Positions 26,739 through 32,000 of a DNA stretch of 32,000 nucleotides are shown here, one piece after another (positions within the stretch are counted from its first letter, which is position 1; every line of letters starts with the position of its first letter). Position numbers and translations under genes: made by a program. The DNA lies in the NCBI RefSeq assembly GCF_001481685.1, contig NZ_CP006867.1:1-32000 (forward strand). Direction: 5' to 3'. Source of the DNA: Ignicoccus islandicus DSM 13165. GTDB lineage: Archaea; Thermoproteota; Thermoprotei_A; Sulfolobales; Ignicoccaceae. Below the pieces are notes generated by a model. That model made no database searches and had not been told where the DNA came from. It worked only from the letters and a program-made list of their open reading frames with translations.

Positions 26739-27369
26739 TTTGGTATATCCAATCATCGGGACCTCTTCTCACGATTCTTCCCTTGACGTTTAGCCTTTTC
26801 TTAAAGAGGGGTGCGTAAATAACTAAAGTTTCCGCCTCACCCCCTTCAAATGCTGGATTGAACTTATACTTTCTCGAAAGTTCAATTATGAGTTCAATGT
26901 CATTCTGGGTAATTGGTCGACCTAGAAATTCTGGCCCGAGTCCCATACTAGCGACCCTAACGAGAATGAACTCGAATCCGTATCTGACGAGATTTCTCAT
27001 ATATTCTTCTTGGTTTATCTTCCAGATAGGGTTTATTACACGTAAGCCTAATTTTTGCGAGAGAAACGACATTCTCTGGCGTTGATAATCTGAAAGCAAG
27101 GCACCGGTAACCACGTGGGTGGCCCCGTTCCTCTTCGCAATCTCAAGTAGATCTATGATTAAGTCCTCGGAACCTTCCATAAAGTAGTTCCTTATTCCCA
27201 TAGAAGCCGATTGGAGTTTCGTCACTTCGACTGCATTGAATTGAAGTAAGAGGGAATCTTCGGGAGGCTTTAAGGTAAGGGTACAACATATATCGATACC
27301 GTGAAGTACAGCCCAGTGTAGAGCGAAGATACTGTCCTTACCTCCAGAAAGTAAAGCAGCGGCTTTCAG
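26716..27369 (-). CDS. dph6: Diphthine-ammonia ligase Dph6-like PP-loop protein, probably starting at CTG 27369 (track start 27225)
   Basis: Downstream part: 'VVTGALLSDYQRQRMSFLSQKLGLRVINPIWKINQEEYMRNLVRYGF...NPAFEGGEAETLVIYAPLFKKRL'. Upstream in-frame translation gives '(M)KAAALLSGGKDSIFALHWAVLHGIDICCTLTLKPPEDSLLLQFNAVE', supplying the missing PP-loop SGGKDS. Confidence 0.85.
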   Translation of the reverse strand: MKAAALLSGGKDSIFALHWAVLHGIDICCTLTLKPPEDSLLLQFNAVEVTKLQSASMGIRNYFMEGSEDLIIDLLEIAKRNGATHVVTGALLSDYQRQRMSFLSQKLGLRVINPIWKINQEEYMRNLVRYGFEFILVRVASMGLGPEFLGRPITQNDIELIIELSRKYKFNPAFEGGEAETLVIYAPLFKKRLNVKGRIVRRGPDDWIYQITDAWLE

Positions 27370-28166
27370 AACACAATCACCGTTTGATCTTCAAGTATAG
27401 CTTTAATCACCCTTATTACAGAGTATACAAATATCTTACTTACAGTTGGGTCTTTGCCTAGAACTTCATAGATGGCTTCTATTCTAACATTCGCTATTGG
27501 ACTTGATATCTTAACTTTATATTTAGAGCCTTCTACTTGACTATCTGCCACTATCTTTAACTTAATATCGCGTCCGGCGGCTAGCACGGCCGCCATTATT
27601 GTATTTATTCCATTTTTTATTCTCTTCAACTCTTCTAGAGCGGAGCCTTCATATAAAACTACGGGTACTTCCGCTGCATCGGGTTCGAATCCAGCTTCCT
27701 TCAAGACTTTTGCCAATACTTCGGGAGGTCTCCTAATTTCAATCTCAACATCTAAGTTCTGTAATGGCGATAATGCGCTAATTATATCCAAGCCTGGGAT
27801 GGCACCGAATGGGACTATTATCTTACCTCCACTCAGTTTCGCGATTCTGGTTATTTCCTCGAAATATTTTTCATCAGCTAGAAGCGAAGCCGCTAATAGA
27901 ACCACCTTATTGCCCCTTTCTAGGAATTTCGGTACTAGATCCTTCGCTTTGGACGCCCCGGCCATTTCAACTACAAGTGTGTAATTCTTCTTGAGGGCCA
28001 CGTCTAAATCAATTATTTTGACCTTTTCGTTAGCTCGATTAATTTCGATACCAATGTTCTCGGTATCGATTACATCGATTGCATCGATGTTTAATTGCAT
28101 CTCTTTTAACGTATTGATTGTTTCGATGGCAATGGGTGTAGTGCCTATTATTAGTATTTCCCCCAC
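27366..28166 (-). CDS. nadX: L-aspartate dehydrogenase-like oxidoreductase (NAD biosynthesis)
   Basis: 266 aa; Rossmann-like N-terminus, 'VVLLAASLLADEKYFEEITRIAKLSGGKIIVPFGAIPGLDIISAL', 'NGINTIMAAVLAAGRDIKLKIVADSQVEG'. Confidence 0.8.
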   Translation of the reverse strand: MGEILIIGTTPIAIETINTLKEMQLNIDAIDVIDTENIGIEINRANEKVKIIDLDVALKKNYTLVVEMAGASKAKDLVPKFLERGNKVVLLAASLLADEKYFEEITRIAKLSGGKIIVPFGAIPGLDIISALSPLQNLDVEIEIRRPPEVLAKVLKEAGFEPDAAEVPVVLYEGSALEELKRIKNGINTIMAAVLAAGRDIKLKIVADSQVEGSKYKVKISSPIANVRIEAIYEVLGKDPTVSKIFVYSVIRVIKAILEDQTVIVF

Positions 28167-28247
28167 GGTTACTGCCCTTTCTATACTACGTCAGGAGTAG
28201 AGTATTATAAACTTGATTTTAATCCAAAGGGAACGGGTCGAGTAATT

Positions 28248-28811
28248 GTGGATAGGGAAAAGATTACATTGCTTGGCTTACTTCTGTACTATTTGTCTAA
28301 CGGTAATCCTTGCGATCTAATGAATGATATTTCAGAGAGATTAAGGAAACTTGGTTTAATAGATGAGAATGGTATATCGAGGATCGCCGAAGGTTTAGTA
28401 AAGGAGCTACTTTCCAAGAAAGTTTCACTTAAAGGGATAGTTGTAAGCGGTAGCGGAGAGGGAAGATACTTCCTGTCCTTAGAAGGCTATCGATCGCAAA
28501 TAAGGAATAGATTGGGCTTCGATCCCTATCCGGGAACTCTTAACGTTCTCCTAGATCCTGAGAGCATGGAGAGAAAATTCCTATTACTGACTAGACCACC
28601 GATAATTCTGAAGGGGTTTCGAAAGGACGACAGAACCTTCGGGGAAGTGTTAGCTTATCCAGCGCGTATCAACGGACTGTGGCCAGCGGCTCTAGTTATA
28701 CCTTTAAGAACGCACCATCCGCCATCTATAATAGAGATAATTTCTCCTTACAAGTTGCGCGAGAAATTGGAGTTAAAGAACGGAGATTACGTTGCCATTG
28801 AAATCTATTAG
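28248..28811 (+). CDS. ribK: Archaeal CTP-dependent riboflavin kinase (DUF120/RibK)
   Basis: 187 aa; 'GIVVSGSGEGRYFLSLEGYRSQIRNRLGFDPYPGTLNVLL' signature, 'RTHHPPSIIEIISPYKLREKLELKNGDYVAIE'. Confidence 0.92.
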   Translation: MDREKITLLGLLLYYLSNGNPCDLMNDISERLRKLGLIDENGISRIAEGLVKELLSKKVSLKGIVVSGSGEGRYFLSLEGYRSQIRNRLGFDPYPGTLNVLLDPESMERKFLLLTRPPIILKGFRKDDRTFGEVLAYPARINGLWPAALVIPLRTHHPPSIIEIISPYKLREKLELKNGDYVAIEIY

Positions 28812-28814
28812 CTT

Positions 28815-29081
28815 CTAAGCTTCACTTTGATTACCATATAACCTTTCGTACTCTCTGTTGACCGCTTCAAGAACCTGCTTCCACATTTCAAAGCTCTCCT
28901 TCCACTGCTCTTCATCAACCTTGGCGATAGCTGCTCCGGCATGTACCATTACGTAATCACCGGGTTCCACGTCTTCGACTAATGTAATGTCTACTTCAGC
29001 TTTGTTTCCGAAAACGTCAACTACGGCTACACCGTTTTCTCTATCTACTTCAATTATTTTCGCGGGTATACCTAGACACAA
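28815..29081 (-). CDS. hypC: Hydrogenase maturation chaperone HypC/HupF
   Basis: 88 aa; 'MCLGIPAKIIEVDRENGVAVVDVFGNKAEVDITLVEDVEPGDYVMVHAGAAIAKVDEEQ'. Confidence 0.95.
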   Translation of the reverse strand: MCLGIPAKIIEVDRENGVAVVDVFGNKAEVDITLVEDVEPGDYVMVHAGAAIAKVDEEQWKESFEMWKQVLEAVNREYERLYGNQSEA

Positions 29082-29164
29082 GCGTTTATCCCGATACGAA
29101 AACGAAGGAGTAGTGGTTTATAAGTTAGAATAAATTGTTTTTAGAAAAATCGAATAACTTAGGT

Positions 29165-29662
29165 TTAGTTCTTTCTACTCCTCCTTCTAAGACCTATCAA
29201 GGCAGCAGCTGCTGCCGCCATTAGTGCCGGGGCCGGAATTCCAGCAATGTATAGAACTATTTCACCACTTATGGAGCCACCGTTTGGCAAACTTATACTA
29301 AACGTTTGCGTATTTTCTCCACCAGCTTTGAAGGTCATTAAGGTTGAGGTTGAAGTTGATGCAACGCTTATTCCGTTGTCAGCTGTTACTGCTATGCCTA
29401 GGTCTAAAGACCACGTTCCAAACGCGGTAGGTGTTTGTGTAATGTCTATAGTTGTCGAGATAGGAACGTTCGGTACGCTTACTACTGACGAGGTTGACGT
29501 TACGTATTGGAATCCAAGTGGTCCGAGTAAGGTCATGTTAAGGGTGTAAGTATAGGTCATAATAATTCCTTGTGCACCGGGACTGAAAGTTAGAGCGATG
29601 TAGTTTTGCGAAGCTAATAGAAGCGCTGGGAGCAAGCTCATCAATACAAAGGCTCTCTTCAT
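29165..29662 (-). CDS. Small secreted protein with PEP-CTERM/archaeosortase-like C-terminal anchor signal
   Basis: 165 aa; signal peptide 'MKRAFVLMSLLPALLLASQ'; Thr/Ser-rich body; C-terminus 'GIPAPALMAAAAAALIGLRRRSRKN' = Pro motif + hydrophobic stretch + Arg cluster. Confidence 0.7.
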   Translation of the reverse strand: MKRAFVLMSLLPALLLASQNYIALTFSPGAQGIIMTYTYTLNMTLLGPLGFQYVTSTSSVVSVPNVPISTTIDITQTPTAFGTWSLDLGIAVTADNGISVASTSTSTLMTFKAGGENTQTFSISLPNGGSISGEIVLYIAGIPAPALMAAAAAALIGLRRRSRKN

Positions 29663-29706
29663 ATTTAATCACTCTCACTATAAGGTTCTGTTACTAAACT
29701 TATTAA

Positions 29707-30441
29707 ATGGATAGCAGGATTAGAGGGGTCGAACGGGAAGAGAGATTGAAAGTAAGAGTGGTTCTCGTCGAGCCCGAAGGTATGATAAATTTCGGATTCA
29801 TAGTAAGGCTTTCTAAGAACTTTGAAATAGACGAGATAGCTGTAGTGAACCCCAAGTTTGATCCATTTGATGAGGAGGTAAAGCGTTTCGCAGCGCAAGG
29901 CGTCAACTACCTCTCAAAGGTCAAAATTTACAACACTGTCGAGGAGGCTCTAGAGGGATTCAAGGTATGCACCTCCGCAAAAGTTTCTCATGACGATCCT
30001 TTACGCCAACATGTCCTTCCCTGGGAACTTAAAGATTACATTGGGGACGCACAGATAGTATCTCTAGTTTTCGGTCGCGAAAGCGTGGGACTTAGGAGAG
30101 ATGAACTTGAGAAATGCGATATATTAATGCATATACCAGCGTCTTCTTCGTATCCTGTGCTCAACCTCTCGCATGCCGTTGCAATAACCCTCTACGAGTT
30201 CTGGAAGCAGTTTAAACTGGAAAGGGGAACCTTACCTTCGAAGCCGTCAGAGGAAGATGTAAATCTATTTAAGTTAAATCTTGCAAACCTCGCTGAAACG
30301 TTTATCAAAGATGAAATGAAGAGAAGCAGAATTATTAGATTACTTGAGAATCTGGCGGCCAAATCTACGAGGTCGGAGCTGAGGGCATTGATATACTTTT
30401 TGGGAAAATGCAAGAGGGCAATTGAAGAAAAGTGCCATTAG
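29707..30441 (+). CDS. trmJ: SPOUT RNA methyltransferase, TrmJ-like
   Basis: 244 aa; 'RVVLVEPEGMINFGFIVRLSKNF', 'VSLVFGRESVGLRRDELEKCDILMHIPASSSYPVLNLSHAVAITLYEF'. Confidence 0.92.
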   Translation: MDSRIRGVEREERLKVRVVLVEPEGMINFGFIVRLSKNFEIDEIAVVNPKFDPFDEEVKRFAAQGVNYLSKVKIYNTVEEALEGFKVCTSAKVSHDDPLRQHVLPWELKDYIGDAQIVSLVFGRESVGLRRDELEKCDILMHIPASSSYPVLNLSHAVAITLYEFWKQFKLERGTLPSKPSEEDVNLFKLNLANLAETFIKDEMKRSRIIRLLENLAAKSTRSELRALIYFLGKCKRAIEEKCH

Positions 30442-30528
30442 CGACGTAGGAGTTAGTTAACTAGTTTAGAAGAGTGCCCTGTGATTTCAAAACCTTCTTT
30501 GAACGTATTTATTTGGTGAAACTATAAT

Positions 30529-30933
30529 ATGATAGACATCGGAAAAGTCCGTGAAATAGTCGATGAGTTTAATAAGGAACATGGTGCAGAATGCGAGGTT
30601 CTATCAGTTAGCGACCGTGAAATCGTAATTTCGTTCAAAGGTCACATATGTTTCACTTGCGGTACGTACGACTACTTTGAGGACCTTGCCATGCGGTTAA
30701 GCGAAGCCTTGTCTAAGGAATACGTTGTAGCCGAGTACCACCATAACGAGGATGGGAGTTATTTAGTTACATTTAGGCCTAAGAGTGAAGTTAAGGAGCG
30801 AAAAAGGGAAGTGCTGGTAATGATCTTCGATGAAAAGGGCAATCTATCGGAATCGCTTAGAATAGACCTAAGCGACCTTAAGAGAACATCAGACGAAGTA
30901 AGTAGAAATGTAAGTAGAAATAATAGTAATTGA
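30529..30933 (+). CDS. Hypothetical protein with CxxC
   Basis: 134 aa; 'GHICFTCGTYDYFEDLAMRLSEALSKEYVVAEYHHNEDGSYLVTF'. Confidence 0.6.
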   Translation: MIDIGKVREIVDEFNKEHGAECEVLSVSDREIVISFKGHICFTCGTYDYFEDLAMRLSEALSKEYVVAEYHHNEDGSYLVTFRPKSEVKERKREVLVMIFDEKGNLSESLRIDLSDLKRTSDEVSRNVSRNNSN

Positions 30934-31057
30934 AGGACTCCTCTGGAAAGTCGTTTTCAGATTATTTTAGAACGATGAAACTTAATCTGGCTAGTTGCTA
31001 ATTTAAGAGGATAAAGCGGAGGCTATATTGCCTTACTTAGTGTAAAAAACTAAATGG

Positions 31058-31756
31058 TTATTGTTGACAAGGTCTCTCTAGGAACTTCTTCGCTTCCTCT
31101 ACGTCCTCCTTGCTTGGAGCAGGCTCGTGGCAGAACCACCAGTCGAAGCACTCGTACTTCTGCATCCTCTCCTTCGCCTCTTGTTCGGTGCTTGCTGGCG
31201 GTATTATTACATGGTCCTTGATTATCTCGTTCTTCGGCCATCCGGCCGGGAAGGCCCTTCCCCATTTGTCGCTTAGTTGTAGGGCCTTCAGTAACCTTAG
31301 TATTTCGTCCATGTTTCTGCCGACGTTGAGCGGGTAGTAGAGTATCGCTCTAACCTTTCCTTCTGGATCAATTATGAATACTGCTCTTACGGTAACTACG
31401 CCACCTTCGGGGTGTAGCATACCTAGCTTCTTCGCTACTTCACCAAGGGGGTCCGCGATGATTGGGAACGGTATTTCGACGCCTAGCTTCTCCTTTATCC
31501 ATTCCTTCCACTTTATGTGGCTGAAGCTATTGTCGACGCTTAGGCCTAGTAGCTCGGTATTGAGCTTCTTGAAGTCCTCGTACCTCTTTGCGAACGCTAC
31601 GAACTCGGTAGTACATACTGGCGTGAAGTCAGCTGGGTGGCTGAATATTACTAACCACTTCCCCTTGTAGTCATCTGGTAGCTTCTTAGGTCCGTGGTCA
31701 GTGTGTACAACCATCTCTGGGAGTTTTTCACCGATTAAGGGTATTTGACCCGGCAT
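31058..31756 (-). CDS. Peroxiredoxin (Prx6/AhpC-TSA type)
   Basis: 232 aa; '[27 protein letters not shown]', archaeal C-terminal extension '[26 protein letters not shown]'. Confidence 0.97.
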   Translation of the reverse strand: MPGQIPLIGEKLPEMVVHTDHGPKKLPDDYKGKWLVIFSHPADFTPVCTTEFVAFAKRYEDFKKLNTELLGLSVDNSFSHIKWKEWIKEKLGVEIPFPIIADPLGEVAKKLGMLHPEGGVVTVRAVFIIDPEGKVRAILYYPLNVGRNMDEILRLLKALQLSDKWGRAFPAGWPKNEIIKDHVIIPPASTEQEAKERMQKYECFDWWFCHEPAPSKEDVEEAKKFLERPCQQ

Positions 31757-32000
31757 CGCTCTCTCCGTTACTACTCTACGTTAACGGCGTTTAAATGTAG
31801 AAGGCTTCGGTTATACTTAGGATTTACTTTCGGATTATTGAAGAAACTTTCCTAAAAACTTTTAATCTTTTCAACGAAAACCCAATAAGATCCGTTCGAA
31901 TTCATACGCGGGGACATAGTTTGGAGACGTTCTTCCTAGTACCGGTCTTCGAAAGATATAGTAAGTGGTTGTTATTCGAGATATCTAATGCCTATAGGTT

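Noticed and set aside
27680-27694. 'GGGTTCGAATCC' resembling a tRNA T arm
   Set aside because: It is inside the nadX-like gene, encoding 'EAGFEPDAA' on the minus strand, with no flanking tRNA structure.
31050-31670. ORFs on both strands within the peroxiredoxin gene
   Set aside because: Same explanation: shadow ORFs over a strong conserved coding sequence.
1-32000. CRISPR arrays, transposases, integrases, toxin-antitoxin or other defence genes
   Set aside because: Looked for in the translated ORFs and by eye for regularly spaced repeats; none seen.

Overview
This 32 kb window is dense chromosomal DNA from a hyperthermophilic archaeon. Reverse gyrase, Alba, an Orc1/Cdc6-MCM-GINS-RFC block, archaeosine genes and a Tes-like radical SAM protein point to a crenarchaeon. 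Assignment to Desulfurococcales or Ignicoccus is only a guess. Most of the window is informational or housekeeping: DNA replication (orc1/cdc6, mcm, gins23, rfcS, rfcL), translation and tRNA modification (trpS, rpl35ae, SUI1/eIF1, rpoP, rpl7ae, queD, queE, rnz, ttuA-like, trmJ, dph6) and metabolism (pyrD, argG, arfC, ribK, nadX-like, hypC, peroxiredoxin). I see no CRISPR array, transposon, provirus or defence island, and I cannot claim a clearly new multi-gene system. The leads most worth a second look are: (a) a short secreted protein (29165..29662) with a PEP-CTERM/archaeosortase-like C-terminal tripartite signal; (b) two genes (dph6-like and rimI/GNAT-like) whose conserved N-termini extend upstream of every ATG/GTG/TTG, implying a CTG start for dph6 and an unusual start, or readthrough, for the GNAT; (c) a GC-rich segment confined mostly to mcm; (d) small-RNA-like elements (C/D-box-like motifs at 10303-10355 and 8065-8117, tRNA D-arm-like sequence at 11134-11167); (e) a pilin-like secreted protein; (f) a shared phase in all convergent gene overlaps.
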